Assembly (NCBI GenBank): GCA_050011875.1
Contig: JBEKIG010000007.1
Span: forward strand, 32,001-96,000
Source: Nitrososphaeria archaeon
GTDB taxonomy: Archaea > Thermoproteota > Nitrososphaeria > JACIWG01
Reading direction: 5' to 3'
DNA: 64,000 bases
This document shows, one piece after another, positions 9,129-21,162 of this stretch (positions within the stretch are counted from its first letter, which is position 1; the number at the start of each line of letters is the position of its first letter). A program made the translations under genes and the position numbers. The notes beneath the pieces are model-generated. The model saw only the letters and a program-made list of their open reading frames with translations. It was not told the origin of the DNA and made no database searches.

Positions 9129-11186
9129 ATGTTAAGTATGAATAAACTAGATAATTTATGCGTTAATACTCTACGCTTCCTATCGGTTGATGAAGTTGAG
9201 CAAGCTCATTCAGGTCACCCAGGGCTGCCCTTGGGGGCTGCACCCATGATGTACGTTTTGTGGGATCACTTCCTTCGTTTCAACAGCTCTAACCCTTTAT
9301 GGGTCAACAGAGACCGCTTTGTTCTATCTCCGGGACACGGTTGCGCATTACTCTACGCCCTATTACATGTATACGGTTATGATTTACCCTTAGAGGAGCT
9401 CAAAAGGTTCCGTCAATGGGGAAGTAAGACGCCAGGTCATCCAGAATATGGGCTTACGCCAGGCGTAGAAGCGACGACAGGTCCTCTAGGTCAAGGCTTT
9501 GCAAACGGCGTTGGGATGGCCATAGCAGAAAACTTCTTGTCAAGCTGTTTCAATATGCCTGACTATCCTGTAATTGATCACCGCACATACGTAATCTTAT
9601 CCGACGGAGATCTTATGGAAGGTATTGGTTCAGAGGCAGCTTCTTTAGCCGGCCTTTTACGCTTAGGTAAGCTCATCTGCCTTTACGATGACAACCACAT
9701 ATCCCTTGAAGGCCCAACAAGCCTAGCGTTTACAGAAAATGTGCAAGCCCGATTTGAGGCTTATGGCTGGTACGTCTTACAAGTCTCAGACGGTAACGAT
9801 CTTGAAAGTATAGAAAACGCTATCAGAATGGCTCAGGCTCAAAAAGATAAGCCCTCCCTAATTATAGTTCGTACCCACATAGGGTATGGAAGCCCAAGAC
9901 AGGACACAAAAGAGGCTCACGGCGAACCTTTAGGTCCAGAAGGCGCTATGGCGACCAAGAAAACCCTTGGATGGCCAGCCGAGCCTCTGTTCTACATTCC
10001 GGAAGAAGCTATGGATCACTTCAAAGAAACTGCCCAAAAGAAGATACAACATGAGAAAGACTGGAATAAACTAATGGAGGACTACGATCAAAAGTTCCCA
10101 GACCTAGCCGAACAATTATGGAAGGTGATAAGAGGCGAGCTACCCGATGACTGGAGAAGCTTCCTGCCTAGCTTTATGCCAGAAGAAGGCCCAATGGCAA
10201 CCCGCAACGCTTCTAACAAAGTTATGAATGTGCTATCTCAAAAACTACATTCTGCAGGGACTGCTCCACACCACTTCTTGGTTGGAGGCTCAGCGGATCT
10301 TTCACCATCCACTAAAACCATTCTATCAGGTTACGGAGACTTCGGTTTTGGCCAAGCATGTTCCCATAACATACATTTTGGGGTTCGCGAGCACGCCATG
10401 GCGGCTATCGCAAACGGAATGGCACTCCATAGCAAGTTTATCCCTTACACTGCAACATTCTTGATCTTCTCAGACTACATGCGCCCTGCCCTTCGCCTTT
10501 CAGCGCTCATGCAAACGCATGTTATTTTCATATTTACACACGACAGCATCGCCTTAGGCCAAGATGGCCCAACACACCAGCCAGTAGAGCATCTAATGAG
10601 CTTGCGAGCAATGCCGGGTATGACGGTCATACGACCAGCGGACGCAAACGAAACTTCTACAGCATGGCAAATCGCCATCGAACGCCGAGGTCCAGTTGCC
10701 TTGGTATTCACACGTCAAGAGCTTCCGATACTAGATCCTAAGCTTTATCCGATAGGAGAAGGAGTTCATAAAGGCGCCTACATCCTTTCAGAGCCCAAAG
10801 CAGCGATACCAGATATAATCCTTATAGCGACAGGATCAGAAGTTCATCTAGCCCTTGCATCTAGCCATGAATTGCAGAAAAAAGGAATTAAAACGCGTGT
10901 GGTTTCAATGCCTTCATGGGCTATTTTTGAAGAACAGCCAGTCGATTACAGACGATACGTTCTACCTCCCGATGTGCCCAAGTTAGCTATTGAAGCAGGC
11001 TCGACATTAGGTTGGTGCAAATACGTAGGCTACGACGGCGACATTATAGGCTTGGACCGATTTGGAGCCTCAGCTCCAGGAAACATTGTGTATGAACAGT
11101 TAGGTTTTAATGTACAAAACGTTGTCGAACACGCATTAAGATTATTAGACGAAATCGGTAAAACCAAAGTAGGTGATAAAAAATGA
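9129..11186 (+). CDS. tkt: Transketolase, full-length bacterial type
   Basis: [38 protein letters not shown]. Confidence 0.97.
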   Translation: MLSMNKLDNLCVNTLRFLSVDEVEQAHSGHPGLPLGAAPMMYVLWDHFLRFNSSNPLWVNRDRFVLSPGHGCALLYALLHVYGYDLPLEELKRFRQWGSKTPGHPEYGLTPGVEATTGPLGQGFANGVGMAIAENFLSSCFNMPDYPVIDHRTYVILSDGDLMEGIGSEAASLAGLLRLGKLICLYDDNHISLEGPTSLAFTENVQARFEAYGWYVLQVSDGNDLESIENAIRMAQAQKDKPSLIIVRTHIGYGSPRQDTKEAHGEPLGPEGAMATKKTLGWPAEPLFYIPEEAMDHFKETAQKKIQHEKDWNKLMEDYDQKFPDLAEQLWKVIRGELPDDWRSFLPSFMPEEGPMATRNASNKVMNVLSQKLHSAGTAPHHFLVGGSADLSPSTKTILSGYGDFGFGQACSHNIHFGVREHAMAAIANGMALHSKFIPYTATFLIFSDYMRPALRLSALMQTHVIFIFTHDSIALGQDGPTHQPVEHLMSLRAMPGMTVIRPADANETSTAWQIAIERRGPVALVFTRQELPILDPKLYPIGEGVHKGAYILSEPKAAIPDIILIATGSEVHLALASSHELQKKGIKTRVVSMPSWAIFEEQPVDYRRYVLPPDVPKLAIEAGSTLGWCKYVGYDGDIIGLDRFGASAPGNIVYEQLGFNVQNVVEHALRLLDEIGKTKVGDKK

Positions 11187-13957
11187 GTTCTTTAAAAAAA
11201 TTGCGTAATTATGGTCAGTCGTTCTGGATGGACTATATAAGACGAAGCCTTATAACAAGTGGGGAGCTGAAACACCTTGTAGAAGAAGACGGGTTAAGTG
11301 GTGTGACCAGTAATCCGACGATTTTCCAGAAAGCTATCGCCGGAAGCTTAGACTACGATGAAACGATAAGAAAGCTTCTCGCAGAATATCCCAATATTAA
11401 CGTACGAACATTGTTTGAGAAACTGTTGATCGAAGATATTCTGATGGTCGCAGACGTCCTGAGACCTGTCTACGATAGGACAGACGGCACAGATGGTTTT
11501 GTAAATATCGAACTGTCTCCTGAACTATCGCATGATACCAATGGAAGCATTATTGAAGCGCGTCGTTTATGGAAGGAAATTAACCGTCCAAATGTTATGA
11601 TAAAGGTTCCGGCTACGAATGAGGGAGTCCCTGCAATTGAAACACTGACAGCAGAGGGCATTAACGTGAACATCACCCTCATGTTCTCAATATCACAGTA
11701 CGAGTCTGTTGCTAACGCGTACATACGAGGATTAGAGCGCTGCACTAACCCTGAAAAAATATCTTCAGTGGCCTCATTCTTCTTAAGCCGCATCGATACA
11801 GTCGTCGATAAAAGGCTTGAAGAAATAGCTACATCCGAAGCTCTTGCGCTAAGGGGAAAAGCGGCTATTGTGACTGCGAAAATAGTCTACAGAAGGTTCC
11901 AAGAGATATTTAGTGGTGAACGCTGGGAAAAAATCTCACGAAGAGGAGCAAGAGTACAACGTGTTTTGTGGGCTAGTACAGGCACAAAGAATCCAACTTA
12001 TTCCAATGTCCACTACATCGAACCACTTATAGGCCCAAATACTATCAACACAATGCCGATTTCGACCTTCAACGCTTTCCGCGATCACGGGCATGTGAAA
12101 TCAACTATAGGTATAGGATTAGAAGAGGCAAAAGCTATATTTAAAAAATTAGGTGAACTGAAAATAGACTTGGATGCCGAAGCTGAGAAACTACAAGTGG
12201 ACGGCATTGCCGCGTTTACAGAATCGTACGAGGGACTGCTAAATACCTTAAAGGAGAAAACCTTAGCGATAACGCGAAAAATAGATTTGCACGAGTTAGA
12301 GCTTGGAAAATTCCAGGAGAAGGTAGATAGACGTCTAGAGCAATGGAATATGATCAATTTTATGAGGAGGATTTGGGCAAGGGATCCCACACTGTGGTCC
12401 TCTGAACCGATACCTGAGGTCTCAGACCGTTTGGGTTGGCTTACTTTGCCGGAGATTATGCACGACCAGATAAAAGATTTTACTTCATTCGCCGGAGAAG
12501 TAAAATCAGAAGGAACACGACATGTAGTTCTGCTGGGAATGGGAGGATCGAGCCTAGCTCCTGAGGTCTATCAGAACGTCTTCGGAAACAAAGACGGCTT
12601 CCCAAAGTTGATGGTCCTAGATAGCACACACCCATCAGCCATAAAAGATGTTGAGAAAAGGATTGTCTTACAGAAAACCCTGTTTTTGGTTTCAAGCAAA
12701 TCAGGAACTACAATGGAGACGCTCTCCCTCTTCTATTACTTCTGGAACAAAGTAAAAGGAGCAAACTCGAATGCGGGGCGACAATTTGTAGCAATCACGG
12801 ATCAAGGCACTTTCTTGGATAAAATGGCTAAGGAGCGGAATTTCCGCAAAATTTTTCGCGCACCTCTTGATGTGGGGGGAAGGTACTCCGCTTTAACAGC
12901 TTTCGGCCTTTTGCCGGCAGCGCTCATCGGTGTCGACATTCACAGCCTATTGGACGATGCTTGGACTATGTCTGAAAACTGTGCTTTCTGTGTGCCTGCC
13001 GATAAAGCATCCTGCTCCGTATTGGGCGCGGCTCTTGGAGAGTTGGCAAGAGAGGGCATGGATAAAGTAACTTTTATTACCTCGCCATCGATAAAGAGCT
13101 TCCCTGTATGGCTGGAACAGCTTATTGCTGAAAGCACGGGGAAGGATGGTAGAGGAATAATACCGATTGTTGATGAACCGTTAACTGACCTAAGAAACTA
13201 CGGTGAAGATCGATTCTTTGTCTTCTTTCTAAACAGGAGCGAAGGCCTTGAACCCCGAGAGCTGATGAGCAGGCTCGAAGCATCTGGACACCCCATAATA
13301 CGTATAGACTTGAACGGAAACGTCAACATATCTCAAGAAATCTTCTGCTGGGAGATGGCTGTCGCTTCGGCGGGGACCATTTTAGGCGTCAATCCCTTTA
13401 ATCAGCCCGATGTGCAGGGAGCAAAAGATCTTGCTAAAGAAATGATGGAGAAGGCGAAAAATGGGGAACTAGGTGACGCATATTCCTATGCTACATCAAT
13501 TCAGGACCTTGATTCCCTACTTAAAGCCTTAAAAGTTCTTCTTAGTCAGGCCAATAAAGGCGATTACGTTGCTATACAGGCATTCCTGCCAAGCTCTGAC
13601 GAAACTTCAAAAGCTCTTCAAAGGCTGCGTTCAGAAATCCTGAATAGATTACATCTGGCAACAATGTTGGGCTATGGCCCTAGGTATTTACATTCAACCG
13701 GCCAGCTTCATAAGGGTGGACCTAAAAGCGGAATATTTCTACAGATCGTAAACGAATACGATGACGACTTAGAGGTTCCGGAAACGGAATACACTTTTGG
13801 CACACTAATTCAAGCTCAAGCATTAGGCGAATATCAGACACTAAAGCGAATGGGACGAAGAATTTTGTGCGTCAACCTAAAAAAAGGTACTTTAGAAGGG
13901 CTTTTCAAATTGACTGAAATGATAGGCGAAGTCGACGTGCAAATCAAAAATGGGTGA
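11183..13957 (+). CDS. tal-pgi: Bifunctional transaldolase / glucose-6-phosphate isomerase fusion
   Basis: GVTSNPTIF and MIKVPAT (Tal), then [37 protein letters not shown] (Pgi). Confidence 0.95.
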   Translation: MSSLKKLRNYGQSFWMDYIRRSLITSGELKHLVEEDGLSGVTSNPTIFQKAIAGSLDYDETIRKLLAEYPNINVRTLFEKLLIEDILMVADVLRPVYDRTDGTDGFVNIELSPELSHDTNGSIIEARRLWKEINRPNVMIKVPATNEGVPAIETLTAEGINVNITLMFSISQYESVANAYIRGLERCTNPEKISSVASFFLSRIDTVVDKRLEEIATSEALALRGKAAIVTAKIVYRRFQEIFSGERWEKISRRGARVQRVLWASTGTKNPTYSNVHYIEPLIGPNTINTMPISTFNAFRDHGHVKSTIGIGLEEAKAIFKKLGELKIDLDAEAEKLQVDGIAAFTESYEGLLNTLKEKTLAITRKIDLHELELGKFQEKVDRRLEQWNMINFMRRIWARDPTLWSSEPIPEVSDRLGWLTLPEIMHDQIKDFTSFAGEVKSEGTRHVVLLGMGGSSLAPEVYQNVFGNKDGFPKLMVLDSTHPSAIKDVEKRIVLQKTLFLVSSKSGTTMETLSLFYYFWNKVKGANSNAGRQFVAITDQGTFLDKMAKERNFRKIFRAPLDVGGRYSALTAFGLLPAALIGVDIHSLLDDAWTMSENCAFCVPADKASCSVLGAALGELAREGMDKVTFITSPSIKSFPVWLEQLIAESTGKDGRGIIPIVDEPLTDLRNYGEDRFFVFFLNRSEGLEPRELMSRLEASGHPIIRIDLNGNVNISQEIFCWEMAVASAGTILGVNPFNQPDVQGAKDLAKEMMEKAKNGELGDAYSYATSIQDLDSLLKALKVLLSQANKGDYVAIQAFLPSSDETSKALQRLRSEILNRLHLATMLGYGPRYLHSTGQLHKGGPKSGIFLQIVNEYDDDLEVPETEYTFGTLIQAQALGEYQTLKRMGRRILCVNLKKGTLEGLFKLTEMIGEVDVQIKNG

Positions 13958-13960
13958 TAA

Positions 13961-14872
13961 TTGATGGAATTAGGGGTTGTAGGACTTGGAAGAATGGGCT
14001 CAAATATAGCAGAGAGGCTTGTCCGCAGCGGATTCAGAGTTGTTGGTTACGCTCGACATGCAGAGACAGTTAATAGCGTTGTTGATAAAGGAATAGTTGG
14101 AGCCTACTCCTTAGAAGAGCTGGTGCAAAAATTGAATTTCCCACGTATCATCTGGATAATGATTCCAGCGGGAGAGTCGGTGGACACGGTCATCCAACGG
14201 CTGACTCCTATGCTATCTAAAGGAGATATTTTGGTGGACGGTGGAAACTCTAACTATAAAGATAGCATACGCAGGGCTTCGGAACTAAGTGAAGAAGGGA
14301 TCAATTTTGTAGACGTAGGAACCAGCGGCGGAATATGGGGAGCGCAAGAAGGTTATTGCATGATGGTAGGTGGACAAAAGGAAGTAGTTGAACATCTTAC
14401 CCCAATCTTTAAGGCTCTAGCGCCTGGGCCAGATAAAGGCTGGGGGCACGTGGGCCCAAACGGCGCAGGCCATTTCGTTAAAATGGTCCATAACGGTGTA
14501 GAATACGGGCTTATGGAAGCCTTCGGAGAAGGATTCACTATTCTTAAACAGAAAAAAGAGTTTAGCCTAGACCTTAAACAGGTGAGTGAAATCTGGCGCT
14601 ATGGTAGTGTAATAAGGTCATGGCTTCTTGACCTGATAGCTCTCGCACTGGCTGAAGACCAAGGCCTGAAAGACATCAAACCCTATGTAACAGATTCCGG
14701 GGAGGGGCGATGGACTGTATTTGAAGCCATAGAAGAGAATGTGTCAGCACCCGTAATAACTATTTCGCTGCTACAACGTCTTCGCTCTAGAGACAATGAG
14801 GACTTTACTGATAGATTAATAGCGATTATGCGTCAGCAGTTTGGTGGGCATGATGTCAAACGAAGTGAATAA
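13961..14872 (+). CDS. gnd: 6-phosphogluconate dehydrogenase, decarboxylating, short type
   Basis: GLGRMG, DGGNS, VKMVHNGVEY, DSGEGRWT, FGGH. Confidence 0.95.
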   Translation: MMELGVVGLGRMGSNIAERLVRSGFRVVGYARHAETVNSVVDKGIVGAYSLEELVQKLNFPRIIWIMIPAGESVDTVIQRLTPMLSKGDILVDGGNSNYKDSIRRASELSEEGINFVDVGTSGGIWGAQEGYCMMVGGQKEVVEHLTPIFKALAPGPDKGWGHVGPNGAGHFVKMVHNGVEYGLMEAFGEGFTILKQKKEFSLDLKQVSEIWRYGSVIRSWLLDLIALALAEDQGLKDIKPYVTDSGEGRWTVFEAIEENVSAPVITISLLQRLRSRDNEDFTDRLIAIMRQQFGGHDVKRSE

Positions 14873-16346
14873 GGGTTCAAGAACCTCGCTGGACCCACAT
14901 ATATTCGTAATTTTTGGGGCCACCGGTAACCTCACCCGTAGAAAGCTGTTTCCCGTCATTTACAACCTATCAGCGAAGGGCACGTTACAGAAAAAGAACA
15001 TCATACTAGGTGTAGCACACAAGCAGGATCAAAATGATCAAAGCTTTCGAATTGAGGGGCTAGAAGTTCTGAGAAACTCAGGTTTACCGACAGACGACAA
15101 ATTGTATCAGGAATGGTGCAATGAATGCCTCTACTACCAATCAATAGGAAAGGAAAGCATGGAAGACTTCGAAAAACTTGCTGTGCGGATAAAGGTTCTT
15201 GAGCAGGAAAGAAAAATCCCAGGTAACAGAATATTATATATGGCGATTCCTCCCGAATCTTTTTTGAGCACTATCGAGAACTTGGCGAAGGTCGGGCTTA
15301 ACACTAGTGAAGGATGGACCAGATTGGTTGTTGAGAAGCCTTTTGGAGTTAACCTTAGTTCAGCCCAAGAGTTAAATATAACACTCCATCGTCACTTCGA
15401 TGAATCACAGATATTTCGGATAGACCATTTCCTAGGCAAGGAAACAGTTCAAAACTTAATGGTGTTCCGTTTTGGAAACACACTGTTCGAAGAGCTTTGG
15501 AACCGTGAGCACATAGAAAGCGTGCAGATCACGGTCGCTGAAGAAGTAGGGATTGAGGGAAGAGCAAAGCTGTACGAGCAAGTCGGAGCATTAGGGGACA
15601 TCGTTCAAAACCATCTTGCACAAATCTTGACACTTGTAGCGATGGAGAACCCTGAACTTTATGAAACCGATGCAATTCGCTACGAAAAACTGAAAGTTCT
15701 GCGTCAGATCAGACCGATCAATCCCGAAGACGTGGTATTCGGGCAGTATACTCATGGAATAGTTGAAGGTCAAGAGGTAAAAGGTTACAGAGAAGAGACT
15801 GGCATCCCTCAGAACTCGCAGATGAATACGTTTGCTTGCATGAAGTTGGAGGTCGCCAACTGGCGTTGGAAAGGTGTCCCATTCTACATTCGAGCAGGTA
15901 AACGCTTACCTAGGAGACTTACAGAAGTGATGATCAGATTCCACGCTCCTCCGGTCTCTCTCTTCCGCTCCTTTGAATCGATTTCTTCCATAAAACCTAA
16001 CATACTAACTATAATCCTGCAGCCGGATGAAGGTTTTGAGCTTCAGTTTCAGGTGAAAATGGTTGGGTTTCCTGTCAACCTTTCAACTCAGAGATTGCAC
16101 TTCAGATACGCTGAATCATTTGGGCCTCTACCTGACGCCTACGAAAACCTTCTCCTTGAGATTGTAAGGGGAAATCAAACACATTTCGTAAACTCGGAGA
16201 TGGTTTTAGAATCTTGGAGGATCTTTGATCCCCTAATCCGAATGAGCATCCCGGTTTATCCCTATCCCGCAGGTACATGGGGGCCATCGGAGGCTGATGA
16301 ACTTTTAAGAAGATACAAAGAGACATGGGAAAACAGATTAGATTAG
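14850..16346 (+). CDS. zwf: Glucose-6-phosphate 1-dehydrogenase
   Basis: FGATGNL, VVEKPFG, RIDHFLGKE, DIVQNHL, RWKGVPFYIRAGK. Confidence 0.95.
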   Translation: MMSNEVNKGSRTSLDPHIFVIFGATGNLTRRKLFPVIYNLSAKGTLQKKNIILGVAHKQDQNDQSFRIEGLEVLRNSGLPTDDKLYQEWCNECLYYQSIGKESMEDFEKLAVRIKVLEQERKIPGNRILYMAIPPESFLSTIENLAKVGLNTSEGWTRLVVEKPFGVNLSSAQELNITLHRHFDESQIFRIDHFLGKETVQNLMVFRFGNTLFEELWNREHIESVQITVAEEVGIEGRAKLYEQVGALGDIVQNHLAQILTLVAMENPELYETDAIRYEKLKVLRQIRPINPEDVVFGQYTHGIVEGQEVKGYREETGIPQNSQMNTFACMKLEVANWRWKGVPFYIRAGKRLPRRLTEVMIRFHAPPVSLFRSFESISSIKPNILTIILQPDEGFELQFQVKMVGFPVNLSTQRLHFRYAESFGPLPDAYENLLLEIVRGNQTHFVNSEMVLESWRIFDPLIRMSIPVYPYPAGTWGPSEADELLRRYKETWENRLD

Positions 16347-16359
16347 ACTTTAACAGCTT

Positions 16360-17000
16360 CTTGTAGAACATGCGATCAAAGCGCAACTACGGCGTCTTCC
16401 AGTTCTTTTATCGCCTTGTCCACATCATCACTTTTAAAAATATAAAAGTCTGAAACAAAAACTTGAAGCTCCATAGTTTCTTGCTGGAGCAGTGTTACTA
16501 GGGTTTAAGCAGCCGTCAACTTCCAAAGGGATAGCGCAATCAACAGATCTGAGTCTTCTTATCTTTTCCAGATTTTTAGGAAGAAACTCCTCACAGTAAT
16601 TCCTAGGTTCACCGGTCATTATCCGTATGCCATCGACCATTTTTATATATGGCAAAACAACGTCGACTATTGTTGTATGCCTCAAAGATAGATAAATCTC
16701 TCTTCCACTATTCCTTAAATCATTTATGGAATATTCGACATTCTTCACCTATTCCGTGTGAACGATGGCGATATTAACTTACCAAACGTTCTTCTATATC
16801 CACTCCAAGGGTTTCCTGACCATCAAATGAGCCTCACAGTCAAGACTTTAAGTAAGCTTGAAATCGGATTGAAGCTAGACCTTGGGAACGAATTCGTCGT
16901 CAATTATATCATGTTGAACCCTCTTTATTTTATCAATAACTTGGTTCATCATCGAGCACAAGTATCTTTGTGCCTCTGCTATTATGGCTGGCAATACAAG
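16360..17000 (-). pseudogene. rpe: Ribulose-phosphate 3-epimerase remnant
   Basis: EAHLMVRKP, IMTGEP, LEVDGCLN recognisable, with several stops and frameshifts. Confidence 0.8.
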
Positions 17001-17088
17001 AGTTTCCGTTAGGCTTGCTTAGCCTCTGATCAAGAATATCTATTACTTTAGATCAAAAGAACACTGACGATGAGCGCAGGATAAGAGG

Positions 17089-17763
17089 TCACGCCTCTAT
17101 TACAATAGAACGAGTCTTAGCTCCAAGCTGTTTTAAAAGGTTCGTCATATCTTCGACAAAAGGGTCTGGTCCACAAACATAAAAGTTCTGTTTGAAGCCC
17201 TTAACCTTCTCTTTTAGAAAATCTCCATTTATCCTGCCACTTTCGTATCCTGCCCTTCTTTCTCTAGTCAGAGTAAAGATCAAGTTTTCACTGTTCTCTC
17301 GGAACAGTGTCCTTAATTCGTTTTCCAGAATTATGTCATCATAAGTTTTGTTCGAAGATATTAGGGTGTTTCCAGCTATCTCTCCGTCCTTCTTCAACCT
17401 CCTAAGTATCGCTATGAAAGGAGTGATCCCTGCGCCTCCGGCGATAAATACACCAGGACCTGCATACTGAATGGTTCCAAATGGCTCCCTTATTATCAAC
17501 TCTGACCCCGGCTCTAGTTTATGCAGTTGATCGGTTACACCTTTATGTTCAGGATACCTTTTAATGGTGAACTCGAGGACAAGGTCCTCGTTTAGAGAGG
17601 TGAAGGTGAACTCTCTAAGCTTTCTCGTCCATCCAGCTTTATTTATTGACATAAGTGTGGCTTGCCCTGGAATATAATGAAGTCCTTTTGGCTTCTCCAG
17701 AACAAACCTTTTAACATCATGTGTAACCTGCTCTGTCATAAGAATTTTTACAACCTGCCTCAT
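17089..17763 (-). CDS. FAD/NAD(P)-binding oxidoreductase (ferredoxin reductase-like)
   Basis: REFTFTS, IAGGAGITPF, YVCGP. Confidence 0.85.
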   Translation of the reverse strand: MRQVVKILMTEQVTHDVKRFVLEKPKGLHYIPGQATLMSINKAGWTRKLREFTFTSLNEDLVLEFTIKRYPEHKGVTDQLHKLEPGSELIIREPFGTIQYAGPGVFIAGGAGITPFIAILRRLKKDGEIAGNTLISSNKTYDDIILENELRTLFRENSENLIFTLTRERRAGYESGRINGDFLKEKVKGFKQNFYVCGPDPFVEDMTNLLKQLGAKTRSIVIEA

Positions 17764-18011
17764 AATTGAGTGAAGGTGTATTCTCGTTTAAAAATGTTTA
17801 TCTTGAAGGCCGCAAGAGATTTCACACAAAAAGATCACCATGGTCTTTCCATTGTTTGTTCTATACTTTGGCAGACCACACGACTCGTAGGCTTGAATAT
17901 CCTTTGAGTTTGTCGAGGTACTTGATAACGCTCACGATAAAGATAATATGAGATAATAATATAAGATGGCACGATTTTTATCGCAAATCAAGTCTTTAAT
18001 GTTTAAGACCG

Positions 18012-18785
18012 TCATTCTATGATCCTTCTAATCGTTACAGAGGCTATGGCCAAGAACAGTACAGTAAAGGCTACGAGGACTGCAATATCAACAAGAAGAT
18101 TGGAGTAGTCTCCCGTAAGAAGCATAGCTCTTACCGCGTCGACGACGTAACTCAGCGGGTTGAATTTTGATATGAACTGCAGCCAGCTGGGCATCAAAGA
18201 AATAGGGTAGATAGCGTTACTAGCGAAGAAAAGTGGCATTGTTATCGCCTGACCAATGCCCATCATACGATCACGAGTTTTAAGGAAGGAAGCAAGGATC
18301 ATCGATAAACTGGAGACGCACATGGCAAATACGACGATCACCGCAAGAACGCCCAATTCATCCAATGGATCGAACCTTAGGTTAACGCCGATTATCAGCG
18401 CTAGGGCGAAGATCATAACAGCCTGGAACAACCCTCTAACACTTGCCGACAACGCCTTCCCAACTATGATCGAAGACCGAGGCGAAGGTGTTGATAACAG
18501 CTTGCTAAGTATACCCGTGTCCCTCTCCCAGACAACAGTTATTCCATAGAAGATGGCTACGAACAGAACCGACTGAGCTAACACCCCCGGTGTAATAAAT
18601 TGAGTGTAGGTGAAATTTCCTATAAACTGAGTGATCCCTTTGATAGCACTAAACACTGTCCCGAACAACAGAAGCCAGAGGGCGGGTTGAACAAGACGTG
18701 TCCATAATTCTGTGGAGTCATGGCGTATCTTTCTAGCCTCCATCTCTGCTATAGTAAGCGAGCTACTAATGAATTCTCTGAACAT
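18012..18785 (-). CDS. ABC-2 type exporter permease (DrrB-like)
   Basis: Multiple TM helices, PLFFASNAIYP...NPLSY motif. Confidence 0.9.
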   Translation of the reverse strand: MFREFISSSLTIAEMEARKIRHDSTELWTRLVQPALWLLLFGTVFSAIKGITQFIGNFTYTQFITPGVLAQSVLFVAIFYGITVVWERDTGILSKLLSTPSPRSSIIVGKALSASVRGLFQAVMIFALALIIGVNLRFDPLDELGVLAVIVVFAMCVSSLSMILASFLKTRDRMMGIGQAITMPLFFASNAIYPISLMPSWLQFISKFNPLSYVVDAVRAMLLTGDYSNLLVDIAVLVAFTVLFLAIASVTIRRIIE

Positions 18786-18791
18786 GGTTTC

Positions 18792-19808
18792 TCAACCCCC
18801 ATGTCTCATGAAGCTCCGTCGAGTTTGGCGCGTCTGGCTAAGACTCTCTGCCTCTTCTATTCTGACTTTGGCGTATTTTAGGAATACATCATCTAAGCTC
18901 GGTTTATTCAAGGAAATAGCCTCCACATTAGACCCTTGGGACTCGAAAAATTCTACGATCCTCGGTATTGCTTCTTCCCCGCTATTGGTCAAAATATCGA
19001 CTATTCCTCCTGCGTTTCGGACAACCTTCCCTATCTCGGCCAGGAGCAAAGCACTATCAAAACTTCCGCCAAGCTTAACTGTGACCATGTCACCCCCCAC
19101 ACTCTTCTTCAATTCTCTTGAGGTGCCTGAGGCAACGAACTTTCCCTCGTTCATAATCACTATCCTACTGCACAGCTCGTCGGCTTCACTCATATCGTGG
19201 GTTGTAATAATTACTGTCATGTTGAATTCCTTGTTCAGATTTTTGATGTTCTCCCACACCTGTCTCTTAGAAGACGGATCTAGGCCTATACTCGGCTCAT
19301 CAAGGAATAATACGCGAGGTCTACTAACCACCGCCTCCGCAATCTCTAGCCTCCTCATCATACCACCCGAGTAGTGTTTGACCAAATCATTAGCCCTGTC
19401 GACGAGCCCCATCTGCTGAAGTGCTCGAGCAATCCTCTCATCCCTATCCTTCTTGCTTACATGGAACAGTTTAGAGAAGATTAGAAGGTTCTCGTAGCCC
19501 GTTAAATCGCCGTCAGCTGAAATAGCCTGCGGTACATAGCCCATCATTTGCCTTGCTTTTGTAGGTGAACCTAATGCATCGATTCCGCAGATCTTGATAG
19601 ATCCTGACGTAGTTCTTGTCAGCCCCATTATCATCTTAATAATCGTCGTCTTACCGGCGCCATTTGGCCCTAGGAGGCCGAAGATCTCTCCTTCTTGTAC
19701 CGAAAAATTCACATCATCGACAGCCCTGAAATTTGGTGGATAGATCTTAGTTAGGTCGACTACTTGTATGGCTGCATTTTGTTCAACTTGAGTGATGGGT
19801 TCCATCAA
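18792..19808 (-). CDS. ABC exporter ATP-binding protein (DrrA-like)
   Basis: GPNGAGKTT, YSGGM, LFLDEP, TTH. Confidence 0.92.
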   Translation of the reverse strand: MMEPITQVEQNAAIQVVDLTKIYPPNFRAVDDVNFSVQEGEIFGLLGPNGAGKTTIIKMIMGLTRTTSGSIKICGIDALGSPTKARQMMGYVPQAISADGDLTGYENLLIFSKLFHVSKKDRDERIARALQQMGLVDRANDLVKHYSGGMMRRLEIAEAVVSRPRVLFLDEPSIGLDPSSKRQVWENIKNLNKEFNMTVIITTHDMSEADELCSRIVIMNEGKFVASGTSRELKKSVGGDMVTVKLGGSFDSALLLAEIGKVVRNAGGIVDILTNSGEEAIPRIVEFFESQGSNVEAISLNKPSLDDVFLKYAKVRIEEAESLSQTRQTRRSFMRHGG

Positions 19809-19955
19809 ATGTGCACCATCACATTGTTTAATTAAAGATATGTATTTTTGATTAGATCTTCTATGCAGAGAATTTTCTTGAAGGATGGACCGTAGATAGA
19901 ATAGTACAGCTGACGGTCCTTCACTTAGAAAAATATTGCCTTCAAAGCATTAAAG

Positions 19956-20071
19956 CGGGCCCGGTGGGATTTGAACCCACGACCTACAGCTTAGGAGGCT
20001 GCCGCGCTATCCATTCTGCGCGGACGCCTACTGTTCATACAACAGCAGAACGCCCTCTGCGCTACGAGCCC
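19956..20071 (-). tRNA. tRNA-Arg(CCT) with 41-nt D-loop intron (20016-20056)
   Basis: Removing the insert gives a 75-nt cloverleaf with GCAGC-CTCCTAA-GCTGT; insert forms a hairpin with two GCGC-AGA bulge-helix-bulge halves. Confidence 0.9.
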
Positions 20072-21162
20072 AGGCCCAACATTAAACTGTCAAGAGGCGT
20101 TCTTTAAGCTTTTTTCTTAGATCATAGAAGTTGGTTTAGGATGTTCATTGTCTATCATTATGGTTTTTTGTGAGGCCTATTTGCTAATGATGAAAAAATT
20201 TTGGAAAGTCCATGACTAGTCAGCAAGTCTTCTATGCCTAATGATATGATCTTATGTTATTGGGTTATGCACTAGTAGGTAGCATTATGACTTAAAATTT
20301 GATATCAAGACTTGATGCTGATTGATTCCATTTTTTATTTTTAATAGTTAATTCCACTTTAGTCTACTTTAATCAAGATAAAGGTCTGTCTTAGATATCA
20401 TGTCAACGATTAAGTAAAGATTTATCGTGAATAAACATGTTGACGATTTTTTTCGTCACTAAACTGTTATTAATTAATCAAGGAATTCATTGATAGAAAA
20501 GCGTTCGACAACTAGCCTAACCAAGATCAGTGAATTGTTTAAGAACAGCTGCTCTTTACTGAATATACAGAGTTTCCTGATTATAACAAGCTTTTTTATT
20601 TTAAACCTGATTCGATCCTTCATGCTGACAAATCCGAAATCATATAACCTTTGTAACTAGTATCTCTTTATAGTATCCCTTTAGTATTCGTCCTAATGGC
20701 CCTTTAATAGATTCTTTTAATGCTTCTCTAAATTCTTCCCAGTGAGATTCCCATTCATAGCCCAACAAATTACAGGAACATAAGAAGCATGACCGTGCTT
20801 CTGGCGGAGTCATGCGAGGTAAAGCAAGGTAAGGTTCATAACCACATTAGGTTCTATATCGCGTTAGGAAGAAACTATAACTTCGCGATAATAAATGTCT
20901 ATACCAACAAACTTGAAGTAGGTTTCCCTTTGTAATCGCCTGAACAAGATTCTACATTATTCGTCTGGATTATAGGAGTTGGATGCGTAATCATACTTAT
21001 AGCTGAGATAATATACTTCTTGCTATCAGTAAGGGATTAAGAATACCCATTTCCTTTCAACTATTTCCCAAACTGGTAAACGGTTTTTAAGGTCGTTTCA
21101 AGGCCAAAATTACCTAAAAAAATAGTCAAAAAACATCATAAAAACATTTGATGAAACGAGTC

